64,000 nt of DNA from a virus (taxonomy: Duplodnaviria; Caudoviricetes). The position numbers and the translations under genes were made by a program. Positions within the stretch are counted from its first letter, which is position 1; each line of letters begins with the position of its first letter. Shown in pieces: positions 31,410-42,590 of this stretch. The notes under the pieces are model-generated. The model was given only the letters and a program-made list of their open reading frames with translations, did not search any database and had not been told where the DNA came from. The stretch is taken from positions 111,155-175,154 of IMG/VR virus record IMGVR_UViG_3300028048_000052; one strand, 5' to 3'.

Positions 31410-31715
31410 TGGCAGGGGGCGAAGGACTCGAACCCTCATAGCCGAGGTTGGAGCTCGGTTCGCGGTTTTGCGTACCACTGCAATTTTCATTGCCCTTGCG
31501 GTTTGTGGTCTGGACTATATCTTCACCATATATCTCTACTTAGGTGGCTGATTATCTAGTCTCTACGGGCCAAATTACTCTGTTCCCTCGGTGTTACCAG
31601 TTAAGGATTCACCGATATCATCAGCTCCACTATTACTGTTTCCAGTAATAGGCTCCAATTGAGTAAAATTACTCTTTTTAAAGACCGATTCCGTTCCCAA
31701 CGGTGAAAACCCCCT
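31410..31715 (-). tRNA. Intron-containing UGA-decoding tRNA (anticodon UCA, probably Trp); exons 31715-31681 and 31470-31410; 96 nt mature
   Basis: Acceptor AGGGGGU/GCCCCCU, discriminator G, encoded CCA. T arm GAGGG-UUCGAGU-CCUUC. Anticodon arm CGGU-CUU|CAAA-ACCG. Variable-arm stem CCGAG/CUCGG. Confidence 0.85.
31471..31680 (-). mobile_element. 210-nt ORF-less group I intron between anticodon positions 34 and 35
   Basis: Follows U and ends in G; P7 elements GAGACUAG and GAAGAUAUAGUCC; internal guide UUGGAG pairs with the ligated CUU|CAA with U.G at the splice site. Confidence 0.85.
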
Positions 31716-31717
31716 AT

Positions 31718-31906
31718 TTATTCTCCTAATGCATCTTCATCAGTAACTAACATCCATTTATTACGAAATAAAATCGTTTTATATGGATATAAAGTTTCTG
31801 TTTCTTTTATATAAATATATAATTTTATTTCTTCTGGAAATTCTTGCCCAAAAAGCCAAGTTTCTACTTTCTGGAATTGTTCCATGTTATCAACAGTTAA
31901 TATCAT
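31718..31906 (-). CDS. Hypothetical 62-aa protein directly upstream of the tRNA
   Basis: AAGGA RBS; stop codon lies 2 nt from the tRNA 5' end; Trp codons are TGG. Confidence 0.6.
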   Translation of the reverse strand: MILTVDNMEQFQKVETWLFGQEFPEEIKLYIYIKETETLYPYKTILFRNKWMLVTDEDALGE

Positions 31907-31929
31907 ATTCTTATTCCTTTTCTATTTAT

Positions 31930-31959
31930 ATTATACTATATTTTTTTTATTTTTACCAA
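31930..31959 (-). promoter_or_regulatory. Sigma-A-like promoter driving the 62-aa ORF and the tRNA
   Basis: TTGGTA-18 nt-TATAAT on the - strand, just downstream of the holin terminator. Confidence 0.5.
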
Positions 31960-31960
31960 T

Positions 31961-31996
31961 AAAAAAATGGGGAGCAAACGCTCCCCTTATTTTTTT
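31961..31996. terminator. Intrinsic terminator after holin
   Basis: A run-GGGGAGC-AAAC-GCTCCCC-T run. Confidence 0.7.
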
Positions 31997-32445
31997 TACT
32001 CTTCAATTGTAGACAATTCCGGTGCTACTTCAGGTGTAGGGACAATAACCGGAATGTATTTGTTTGCATTAACAGCAGCCTCAATTTGTTGCTTAATATA
32101 TAACTCTAAATCACCAACAATATTAGTAAGATAAACCTGCGCCTCATCTGTTAAAATCGCTAATACGGCATCATATGTCTTTTTAAAAGCTTCTTTTTGC
32201 GCTTCGGCATCAAAAGCATTTTTATCTTTTAAAGCATCGACATAAGTTTGATTTGTAGCAATAACACAAGTTTCAATGGTATTCATTAACAAATCCATAT
32301 ATTTTCTTGCTAATTCATTATCTGTAGAAGCAGCGGCCTCTGCCTTTTTAATCTTTAAATATTCAATTAAAAAATTACAGAGAATACCCAAAAGTGGAAT
32401 AATGCAAACCTGAAAAATCTTTTCTAATAATTCTACGTAGTTCAT
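31996..32445 (-). CDS. Putative holin (LL-H-like, single N-terminal TM)
   Basis: IFQVCIIPLLGILCNFLI TM segment; V.ATNQTYVD..K; IEAAV. Confidence 0.6.
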   Translation of the reverse strand: MNYVELLEKIFQVCIIPLLGILCNFLIEYLKIKKAEAAASTDNELARKYMDLLMNTIETCVIATNQTYVDALKDKNAFDAEAQKEAFKKTYDAVLAILTDEAQVYLTNIVGDLELYIKQQIEAAVNANKYIPVIVPTPEVAPELSTIEE

Positions 32446-32500
32446 TATAAAAATCCTCCTTATATACTATATTATATAAAAAAAATATAGATAAAACATA

Positions 32501-32529
32501 TTGATTTTGCTTATTTTTTATGATATAAT
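32501..32529 (+). promoter_or_regulatory. Sigma-A type promoter
   Basis: TTGATT-17 nt-TATAAT with TG. Confidence 0.65.
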
Positions 32530-32556
32530 ATAAATATAAAAGGAGAAAAAATATTT

Positions 32557-32754
32557 ATGAAATTTATAAACGATTTAAAAGAAAAAGGTTATTTATGGAT
32601 TATTATGCCGAAAAGAAACAGAAAAAGATTTTATGCAACAAAAGAAGATATTGGCCCAGATGGAAAATTTAAAGACGATGATAAATTTGATGAGTATTCT
32701 TTAGAAAAAGACGAAATTTGGGATTTAGAAAAAGGCCAATGGTTCAGAATATAA
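32557..32754 (+). CDS. Hypothetical 65-aa protein with its own promoter and terminator (moron-like)
   Basis: AAGGAG RBS; opposite strand to its neighbours. Confidence 0.65.
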   Translation: MKFINDLKEKGYLWIIMPKRNRKRFYATKEDIGPDGKFKDDDKFDEYSLEKDEIWDLEKGQWFRI

Positions 32755-32789
32755 AAAAATAGGGAGAACATAAAGTTCTCCCCTTTTTT
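32753..32789. terminator. Bidirectional terminator
   Basis: A run-GGGAGAAC-ATAAA-GTTCTCCC-T run. Confidence 0.7.
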
Positions 32790-32790
32790 A

Positions 32791-33426
32791 TTATAAAATC
32801 GTTCAATATAATTTTAATTCATGGTTTTCATCTTCAATAATACGTCTTAATTCTGTAAAAATTTCTTCCCATACAGATGGGGCAGCAATTTCTTCAAGAG
32901 GATTTTCCGCATCATTAAGATATGTATCGCCCATGCCTTTTAAAATTTTACTTTGAGCTACTTGGGTATTGATGATATAATCAAAATCATATTCATTTTC
33001 CCCATTTAATCTTTCAGTTTTATTTAAATGATAAAAACGAACGGCATATTTAATATTGCCAGCGGCGGCAGTCGCATTTCCTTGAATAACCCAAGGAATA
33101 AGCATTTTGCCCTCGCTCGCATATGTTTCTAAATCATAAACAGGAACAAGATATATATACGGTTCATCTTTTGCATTAATAAACTCAATAATGCAAGTAG
33201 ATTGGGCCAAATCATACGTTTCATAATATCTATCCACAATAAAGAATACTGTTTCAGCGGTATGATCGGTTTCTGTGCTTAAATATACTGGAGCATCAAC
33301 GGTTCTTGAATTAAGATCAATCGCATATATTAATTCATCAGATGGTATATTTAATGCCTCCGTGCGCAAATGCTCGTTTCTAATTTCCTGTAAATGGCTT
33401 AAATATTCTTGTGCGGATGTAATCAT
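32791..33426 (-). CDS. BppU-like baseplate protein (211 aa; TGA four codons before the TAA)
   Basis: DHTAETVFF.VDRYYE.YDL...W......AG.IKYAVRF; readthrough gives ...LYWTIL*; N-terminus similar to 33446-35347. Confidence 0.6.
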
Positions 33427-33445
33427 AACGATTTACCTCCTTATA

Positions 33446-35347
33446 TTATAAAGCAAATTTAATGACGTTAGAAGGCTTTGAATCCTCAGTATTTTCTACT
33501 TTATTAATAGCTTTGAAATAGAAATAACCATCATCATCTGGCACATAAACATCTGAATTTGCTCCTTCAATTAACAAGTCGTCGCTGGCTTCTGCCGGAT
33601 TTGGGTCCTGCTCATCAACAACTTTATACCATTGAATTTGTAATTCATCGCTTAAACCATTAATAACAATATTTGCTTTAATCTTATTTTCTCTTGCGAC
33701 AGAACCATCTTCAGCATCTAAAGGTTGGTTATCAGCTGTTAATAATGTCGCATTAACTTCATCAACTTTTGCTGGCTTAACAACTCTACAAATAACACTA
33801 GAAAGTGTATCTTCATGGTCACCATTTAATTTATTAATAATAGTAATCTTATAATATCCTTCTTCTGCTTTATGCATATCAATGCTAATTGTATTCTCAT
33901 TAACATCAAAGCTAATAGGTGGCTCATATCCTTCAACTGCTTCAACAGCAGGAACTTTAATATCGCCCTCAACAAAAGCAGGCTCTTCTCCAGCAGCAGT
34001 AGCTCTTTCAAGTTCAGCGGCTGCTTCTTCAGCAGTATAAAGAACTGCCTCTTGTGCTTCAACACCTTCAACAGGAACTAAGTCAACAGCTACAAATTCA
34101 GCTGAATCTAAATCTAAATCCTTTTCAGCGCTACTGGTCTTTTCAATTATTAAATCAATATCACCAACAATAGCATCATTAATCTTTTGTCTATTTACAA
34201 CAATAACAAGATTAGCGCCATCTTCAATAACCAATTTTTCTGCCATATCTTCAGTAATTTCAAGTTTAATTGGAGCAGGAATTTCACAAACCGTACTCTT
34301 TGAACTTGCAACAGAAGTATGATATTTAAATTTTACTGGTTCTTCGCTTACATTTTCGCCATCAAAAATGTACTCTTCATTATCAACAATTTCCTTCATG
34401 CCAAATACGACAACATAATATTGGCCAGAAGAGGTAACTGTCAATGCCGGAGAATATTCGCCATCAATCTGCGCGAAATCTGGGTCATTGGCACCTTTCT
34501 TGTACCACTTATAAGCCATTGCGTCATAAGAATCGCCCTCTGGCGCAGCCGCATTAACAGATAAAATTGCAGATGCTGGTGTGCCTTCTGGAGCGCCAGC
34601 CGGAACTTCTAAATCAATAACGTATGCAGGTAAGTCACCATCTTCTGCAAAAACAGGGCAATAAGCAATTTGTCCGCCCATTAATCTGCTAGCGATTTTA
34701 TCTGCAACATTTTCAAATTCAACATTTTCATCAGTTAAATCAAAGTCTAAACTTGCTTTGACAGCAACAGCGGCAGCCTGAGTAGCAAAGCTATACGCAA
34801 TCTTGCCACCTTCATCATATTGCATAATACGAACTGCAAATCTAATATTACCGGCTTTTGCTGTTAAATGATCGGCGGTTAATGCCCAACCAAAATAAAT
34901 ATATTCTGGGTCTGTATCAGCGTCAATAGCGTAAGCCCAAGAAGCGCCCTTAGCGCCATCTGGTGCTTCCCATTGAATTAAGATATGTAAATTACCATCT
35001 TTTAATTCTTCACCGACAACACCAGCTGCCTTACCGAAATCCTTAATATCAAAGTAACGGTTAATTCTGAACCAAACTGTTTCTGCTAATTCATCACTAA
35101 CAACGCCAACGCCATTTTTACTGAAAGAAGATGGAATTTTAATAGTTCTTTCATTCGCATCAATTAAAAAGATTTCTTCGTCTTCATGGCCTTCTTCATA
35201 TAAAGGTAAGCGTACATACTTAGGACTAATAGCTTTTAATTGCGCGAGACTATTTAAATATTGATCAATATCTAAACTTTCTACGCCTAAATCGGCCGCA
35301 GCCAATTCAAAAAGTTTAGCTTCCTTACTATTTACATAAGTAATCAC
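33446..35347 (-). CDS. BppU-like baseplate/tail protein with Ig-like domains (no TGA)
   Basis: DELAETVWFRINRYFD N-domain; YKWYK...GQYYVVV and IQWYK...GYFYFKA Ig-like motifs. Confidence 0.6.
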   Translation of the reverse strand: MITYVNSKEAKLFELAAADLGVESLDIDQYLNSLAQLKAISPKYVRLPLYEEGHEDEEIFLIDANERTIKIPSSFSKNGVGVVSDELAETVWFRINRYFDIKDFGKAAGVVGEELKDGNLHILIQWEAPDGAKGASWAYAIDADTDPEYIYFGWALTADHLTAKAGNIRFAVRIMQYDEGGKIAYSFATQAAAVAVKASLDFDLTDENVEFENVADKIASRLMGGQIAYCPVFAEDGDLPAYVIDLEVPAGAPEGTPASAILSVNAAAPEGDSYDAMAYKWYKKGANDPDFAQIDGEYSPALTVTSSGQYYVVVFGMKEIVDNEEYIFDGENVSEEPVKFKYHTSVASSKSTVCEIPAPIKLEITEDMAEKLVIEDGANLVIVVNRQKINDAIVGDIDLIIEKTSSAEKDLDLDSAEFVAVDLVPVEGVEAQEAVLYTAEEAAAELERATAAGEEPAFVEGDIKVPAVEAVEGYEPPISFDVNENTISIDMHKAEEGYYKITIINKLNGDHEDTLSSVICRVVKPAKVDEVNATLLTADNQPLDAEDGSVARENKIKANIVINGLSDELQIQWYKVVDEQDPNPAEASDDLLIEGANSDVYVPDDDGYFYFKAINKVENTEDSKPSNVIKFAL

Positions 35348-35447
35348 TCTTATTTCCTCCCTTTTTCATTAATATAGGTTGGTTAGAGAGCTTTCGCTCT
35401 CTAACCGTATTTTTTATCTATTATATTTTAGTTTTTCAAGGTGCTAA

Positions 35448-35663
35448 TTAGATGGATTTGCCCTTGACTTCCTTCCACTTAGATGCTTCTTCTTCGTCAG
35501 CGACTCTAACGGAATTAACAAAGGTTTTATTATCTTTTGTTAAGACTTTTCCTTCATCAGCAACTAAACTAATGGTTTTTACTGAATAAATTCCTTCAAG
35601 ATGGACAGGAGAATCAATAACTCCATTAGTTCCTAAATAACGATACATTATAGTTTGTCTCAT
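35448..35663 (-). CDS. Small tail-associated hypothetical protein
   Basis: AGGAGG RBS; LVADEGKVLT...WKEV. Confidence 0.6.
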   Translation of the reverse strand: MRQTIMYRYLGTNGVIDSPVHLEGIYSVKTISLVADEGKVLTKDNKTFVNSVRVADEEEASKWKEVKGKSI

Positions 35664-35681
35664 TTTGTTTTTAATCCTCCT

Positions 35682-38600
35682 TTATGGTTCACACCAAGTT
35701 ATTTGGTTATCCCCAACTATTTCTATAAATCTTGCTCATGGAGCATCTTCTTTGCCCTTATTTGTATAAATTATATAAGAATAAGGAACAGACGTTGTAC
35801 GGAATGGATTACCGCTACCATCTGGCAAAGTGGCTAAATTACTAGGATCATTAATATCACCAATTTGGAATGTTGTAATTGCGGTAGCACCACCAACAGT
35901 GTCATTATAGCTAAAGCTATTTGTGCCCAAGGCTTTTACACAACCCGGAATTATAAAGGTTGTATTAGTTGTAGGCTTTAAAGCGTGGTTAAATGCATTA
36001 GCGTCAATTGATATTAAATGAATACATTGAGCCAACGATCTATTTTCCAAACTTTCACATCTTCTAAATGCATTTTCTCTAATAACAGAAAGAGATGCCG
36101 GGAATTCTACATAAGCAAGGCTTGTGCAGTTTGCTAAACAATATTTGTCATAAACCTCAGGAACAGCTCCAGTTTCCCAGAAGATATGAGTAATTTCTGT
36201 ATTGTGGGAGAATCCGTTTAATGATTCATTTGAAGAGCTTATTGATAATCCACCAACTTTTACTCCACCAACTGTCTTCGGTAAAGTGACTTTTCCTCTT
36301 ACGCTATAACCTTCTTTTAATTTGATATAAACGCAAGGTTCACCTAAAGAGTAAGCGCCTCTAACATCATTGGTATAAGTATAGTCTTCTGTTTCAAAGA
36401 ATTCTTCGCTTATTGGATTATTGTGAACATCGCCAATTTCAAAAATTGGATAGTATGATAAATTAGAAGTAACTTTCTTTTGAGCGATATTTGCAAGATC
36501 TCCGTCTGGAGTTGTGGACCAGCCTCGTAAGATATAAGTATCTTCTAATGGTAAACTAAGGTCATTCTTATAAGGAGTTCTCTTTGGCGTTGGCACATAT
36601 TGTCCATAAGGTACGAGGACAGTAACTTGTTCTTGCTGATTAAGGCCAGTAATCAAATAAACAGGATTATTAGCATCTTCAACAAGTAAATTTCCATCAC
36701 CATCATAGAACTTAATACCAAATTTTTGTAATTCAAAAATTGCGTATAAAGTAATGACACTATTTGTTTCGCTAAATTTACATTCATCAGTAGAAAGGGC
36801 TTGACCATCTGTAAATGTTTGGGTAAGAAGATCATAATTCCAAACCATCTTATTTCCTTCTGGATCTAATGCCCATCCTTTAAATGTATAATTAGTTTTT
36901 GAAGGGATCTTTGTTGTTCTCGTCGGATTTTGATTTTCATACTGACTTGGCGCAAAACGAATTACATCAATTTCGTTTTCTTTACCACTATCAATAATTT
37001 GTACATACTTAGCAATGTATGATTCACTAATATTTTCAGCTCTAATTATTAAATTAGGCCAGTATTTACCGTATTTATTAGTTAATTCATCTTCTGCAAT
37101 AGCAGTACCATCTGCGTTAGCAACAAATAAGCTACCGGTAATTGTTGGAACAGTAGCCCTACTTGCCATTGAATCATTGTTATTTGTAAATTGATTAATA
37201 GCACCTCTACTAAGGCCATCTTCATAATCATCAATAAATTTATCTAATAATTCAAGACTTGTAATTGTTGATTTCGGTGCGCTTTCATCAAAGGTATAAA
37301 CTCTACCATTTAAGGTATCGTTTTCCCAAGTTGTTCTTGTGTATGGTTCATAAGTGCTATGGTCAGTTACATAATAGTAATTAACTCCGTCTTGTTTTGT
37401 TTCACCATACTCAACTTGCGTATATGGAGACCAATCAATTTCATCCATTCTGATCTTCAAACGACCACCAGCATTTTCTTTGATTTCAACGGCATTTCTT
37501 AATATTGTATAAGAATCATAACCAAGAGCATCGCCTTCAAATTCAATTATACCCAAATCACTAGCTACGATAGGAGCACCACTGACATAATCGGTTAATC
37601 CTTCGACATATAAACCAGCATATTCTGATTCTGGTCTATAAACTAATTTATTATCAACCACATCGGCAACAACTGGTGCAGTTTTTAAAATTCTTGTTAA
37701 ATTCTTATTTTGAATAAATTTTAATATTGTAACAGTTGATGGTAAATGTACAATTGTTAATGGAGCACCATCAGCAAATAACGCATATTTTAATTTAGTA
37801 TCTAATGCTCTAAATTCACGCAACTTCTTTGGATTTGTTATATCAAGGAATGTATCAAAGTTACGTAAGTGCGTTAAATTAATTTTTTGTAATAATGGTT
37901 TTTCATTGCTATTTGCACCAGTACCTAAGTCAAAGTTAGCAACCTTTAATTTATTGTTGTAATAATTAGGAGCATCACTACCAAGTGTAATATCTAATAA
38001 CTTAGCGCCTTGCGGCCAAGCAACTTCGGTAGCATACTTTGTACTTAAGTCACCGAAACTTGAAATATAATCAGCACCAGAGAAGTAGTTTAACTGCTCA
38101 TCAACGGTGCCGGACTTAAAGCTCTCTAAAACACCAGTAGAAACGATTGTATCCATTCCATCTGGGTATTTAATTGCGCTATAAGCTTCAGAGTTAGCAA
38201 ATGTATTTTCATCTGTAAACCAAGTAATATAGAAGTTCAAGTATGGAGTAATCTTATATACCGGATTTGCATCATAGAATGGTACTGGATAAGTTGCTTG
38301 AATTTGATTTTCAGCGTGATTAACGTTATCCAAGTATTTATCTGAGGTATTGGCAGGGTCATTACCAGAAACACGGAATGCAACCGCATTCATTGTTTGT
38401 TGGACTGTAAATGAGCCACTATGCCATTTTGAATCCATGTATAACAGACGGTTATTGATTAATAATTCTCTTGAAAGAATTCTATCACCTTGGCAAGCAT
38501 ATAAGTAATTAGCTGTACCATAAGTACCATCTTGCATCTTCCATTTTTCAGTAACAGGTAATACGTATTTATAATATTCATCTAATCCAATAGCAACGAT

Positions 38601-41600
38601 TGGTCTAACACCTCTCATAGCATATGAATTTGTGAATACATCTGGATTAAATGTATAAGCACCTTCAATTGTATTGTAAGTGATTTTTGTATTTCTTAAT
38701 GCTTTATAAGTAGCAATAATTTCACTTTGGAACATATCATAGAAATTAGTCCATAAAACACTATCGCCAGTTGAGAATGTCTTATTTTCAGTTGAATCTT
38801 CATCATAATCCCATAATAAAGCACCAACGTTATTTAAACCTAACTGAGTATCAATATCATAGAAAATTGGATACCAAATGTAATCTCCACCTTGCTCATG
38901 TGGACCGAACGATGCAATCATCATATTTTTACCACGTGAGTCGTAGCAGAGTAATAATTCAGTCATGATGAAGTAAATAGTGCAGTAATGCCTATCTAAG
39001 TGCTTATTAAATTCATTTCTGAATTTTTGTCTTCTATATTCAACGGTATCATTGTGGAATGTACCGAATAATTTTTCTGAACCGCCAACCATTTCTGTCG
39101 TATAAGTAACAGTTGGATCATCAGAACGAGCAGTAACGCTCATCTTAATTGGCGTATCAAATACGAAATCTGGGCGAGCATGGGTTGTATCTGTGCTGTC
39201 TAACCAGTCAAATAAAACTTTAAGGTTGGCCATCTTTCTATTCATATAAGCACAAATATCTGCGTTAGATGTACCACCAATAACTTCAGACCAGTCATCG
39301 CCACCATCATCAATTGTTTTATAGCTCTGCGCAGTTTTGAATGCGTCTGCTTCGGCGTTATATCTTGCTTCAAAGTGTTGAGCGACTTCAATCTTTGGAT
39401 TTTCATTCGTTGAGTCAGCGGTTGGAGTCATAAAGCCTAATTCTCTCGCCGCGTCGTTTGGATAACGGAATGAACACCAAGTACCTTGGTTATCTCTTAA
39501 TTCCCAGCATTCTGAAATATCAGCTACTGTTTCGCCATTCATGTATGGCTGTTCATAATCTTCTTTAAAGCCATAATATTCATTAGAACCCTTGTCTAAG
39601 TTCCAATTATAACGGCCAATATAGGTAATAGAACCATCAGCACGTTTGTGGAAACACAAGTATGGGAAACCATAAACAGAAGTTCTATAATTCTTTTGAG
39701 AAGCATCAAAGCCGATATCGTCCAATGGGTGTTTATTGTAAATACCACTACCCATTAAATTAGCAAAACCAGAGTTATATGAGCCAGAAGATTCCATATA
39801 GTCAATCTTCCAAGTAAATACGTTTGTTGCTAAATCGACATTATCCATATGCCAATTTTTAGCTAATTTATTACCATCAGCGAGGGTAAAATCTTTATAT
39901 TTAATTTTGCCATCTGGTTGTTCTTGCGGAACACCCATAACTGATTGACCAGCCAATTCACCTTTTGTATAATTCCAATTTTTAGCTTTTTTGAACTTAG
40001 TTTTGAAATTACGTCTTGGGTATTTCTGTGAAGAAGTACCTTGAACATTGATATCTACATTGTCAGCCGTAAAGCTTGGGCAATGAGTATAATACTCATA
40101 ATCACTAATTAAGCCATCTTCTAATAATTTATCAGCAGTTGGGTTAACAAATGTAATTGAAACTTTTTTATTACCGCCTTTAAAGTGAGGTAATTCATCA
40201 TCATTCGGTGTGCCAGAAGAGTCAATCAATACATAAGGCATTGTTAAGTTATCTGGGTGGTCAATGTTATGTTGAACCAATTTAGCATATGATAATTTTG
40301 TTGCGTCATTAACATCTGTTAACTGGTTTTCATCATATAAATTAATATCTTTAATATCTGCGAGATAGTTATGAATAACTTCTGGCATTGTTAAAGCGAT
40401 TGTGTAAATTCTAAATTTGTATAAATCAAAATCACAATAATTGGAATTAATCTTAAATGGAATATTTTCCATCGTGATCGCAGCGATACCAGTTAAATTA
40501 ACTGCGCCAGATAAGATACCATTTAAGTAAATTGATAATGTGTCTTTTGCTTTATCAACAACAAAAGTAATATTGATAATTTCGCCTTCTTTATATCTAA
40601 CATTAACTGTTTTACCAGCAGTGTTAAAGTAAGCTTCTTGAGTACCAATACAGAAACCTTCATTGTTGGAATTTAAATATTTAAATACAACATTGTTTTC
40701 AGTTTCAACAATTTTACGAGTTGTATTAGACTCTTCCATTTCCATGTTACCATCGCTATCAAGTTTTACTTCATAACCATTTTGTCTAATCCAATCAATT
40801 GTTTGTTCTTCACCAATATTGTTTAATGTACCGGCAATTGCTCTACCATTTGCGTCCCTTTCGGTAACAGAAGTCCAATATTTATATAATGGAATTTCAG
40901 TAACCAACGTAGCATATTTTTGAGCATTTTTAATTCTAAAACGAATTTCAAAAGTATACTGGGTTGAACCGGTATTCATTGTAATTGTCTTATATGGAAT
41001 TTGAACACTCGCGCCATTCGCAATAGACAAATATGAACCTAAGCCATCTTTATCATCTTTCCAACCGTTATTATACCAATTGAAATTATTAAGAACAGCA
41101 GAGTAATCTTTTACTTTTGATTTCCAAATGCCTCTAGTCGCAGCGATTTCTGTGCTAGAACGACCCATAGAATCAAAGTTAATATCTAATGCAGACTGGT
41201 TGACTAAAGACAAGTCTCTCGAACCTTCTGTCGTTACAGAGAAATTAATTCTTTTGCTTGTTGCGCCAGAACTAATCATAAATTCATTTTCACCAACGTC
41301 ATACAAGGTCGTAACATCCCAGTATAACCAACCATCCGCAGAATATCTAACCAATTCTGAACTAACCTGACTTCCATTTTTATAAAAATCAACGGTTGTA
41401 GGAGCGCCATTTCTTTCATTTACGGAGTCATAGACCATATAAGGAATAATAGCAGATTCATATTGAATTACTACTGGAGTAATATCACCAACCCAAATTA
41501 AAGGTGTATCTTCTTCATCATCAGCCCAAGAGGCTTCAAAAGAAATTGGGTCAGATGATAATGTTACTCTATTAACATCTGCGCTTAACCATAAATCAAT

Positions 41601-42569
41601 GGTATGTTGACCATGAGATTGTCGAGGAATAGCCACGGTTTGCGCATTTTCCATATTATCATCAATTAATTTGACATTGTTATCAAACTCTTCTCCGTCA
41701 ACTGCTGTATGAAGTTTTACATTTAAGCCTTTGCCATAAGGAATATAACGGAGTTGTAAATCTCCACTTTGAACAGCAATATAATTTGTACCAGATTGCT
41801 TATCAATATGCATGTCTACAACTTTAATATTTCTTTTCCTTGTGGAAGGTAAAACGGCCATACCGGCGTTATCAGAATCGACACTTACTGTCATTGTAAT
41901 ATTTGAATTAATAGGTAAGAAATTTAAATTTAATTTATAAGGTTCACCAGAACGAATACCACTTTGAGTAAAAGCTTCTGAATAACCATCGTTTCCTGTA
42001 AATTCAAAGTTTAAAGAAACATATCTATCGGTATTTCCATTAATTGCTTCACCAGTTACGGAAACATAATAATTTTGTCCTTGTACTAATGTAGCATTTG
42101 AATCAAGCGTTGATGAATCAATGGTAACTTTTAATGTCGGTTCAACGATGCCTCCACCGCCTCCTCCGCCACCACCAGAACCACTGATGGCCATACGAGT
42201 ACAGAAGTAATTTCCTTCTGCGTTAACCTTTACAAAGCGATAAAAAGCTCCATCTGTGCCAATAATTAAATCATCAACTTTAATTTCAGCTTCGCCTGTA
42301 TCAACGTAAGCCGAATCAAGTACATAATAATTAGTACCATCATCGTCATCCATCGTACCAATCGGCATTTCTTCGCTTGTTGGTTGTGAGCTATAAAATA
42401 AGGAAGCTCCCGCGCTTGAACTACCAACTTTAACTCTTTCGTCTTTTGTATCTAAAAAGATTTCTCCAGAGTCCGTCGAAAAATAAATAAATCCCGGCGA
42501 TATATTGGTTTGATCAATTTTTTGCCTTGTACCATACGCAGGTTTAAAAGCTATTTTCTGTTCGCTCAT
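35682..42569 (-). CDS. Giant tail fibre/adhesin (2295 aa): LamG-like, CotH-kinase-like, InlB B-repeat-like and BspA-type LRR regions; one TGA near the C-terminus
   Basis: QGTSSQKYPRRNF, YNWNLDK, YDIDTQLG (CotH-like); YTFKGW, YILRGW; IRENAF/IDANAF LRRs. Readthrough of TGA 35736 ends at TAA 35682, adjacent to the next RBS. Confidence 0.7.
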
Positions 42570-42590
42570 TATTATCTCCTTTCCTCTATC

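Noticed and set aside
31410-31715. tRNA-Leu(CAA) from splicing one base earlier
   Set aside because: That junction gives a 6-nt loop or breaks the CGGU/ACCG stem, and it loses the internal-guide register.
31410-31715. Canonical selenocysteine system
   Set aside because: The fold is 7+5 rather than 8+5; TGAs fall at Trp, not Cys, positions; no selA/selB/selD in the window.
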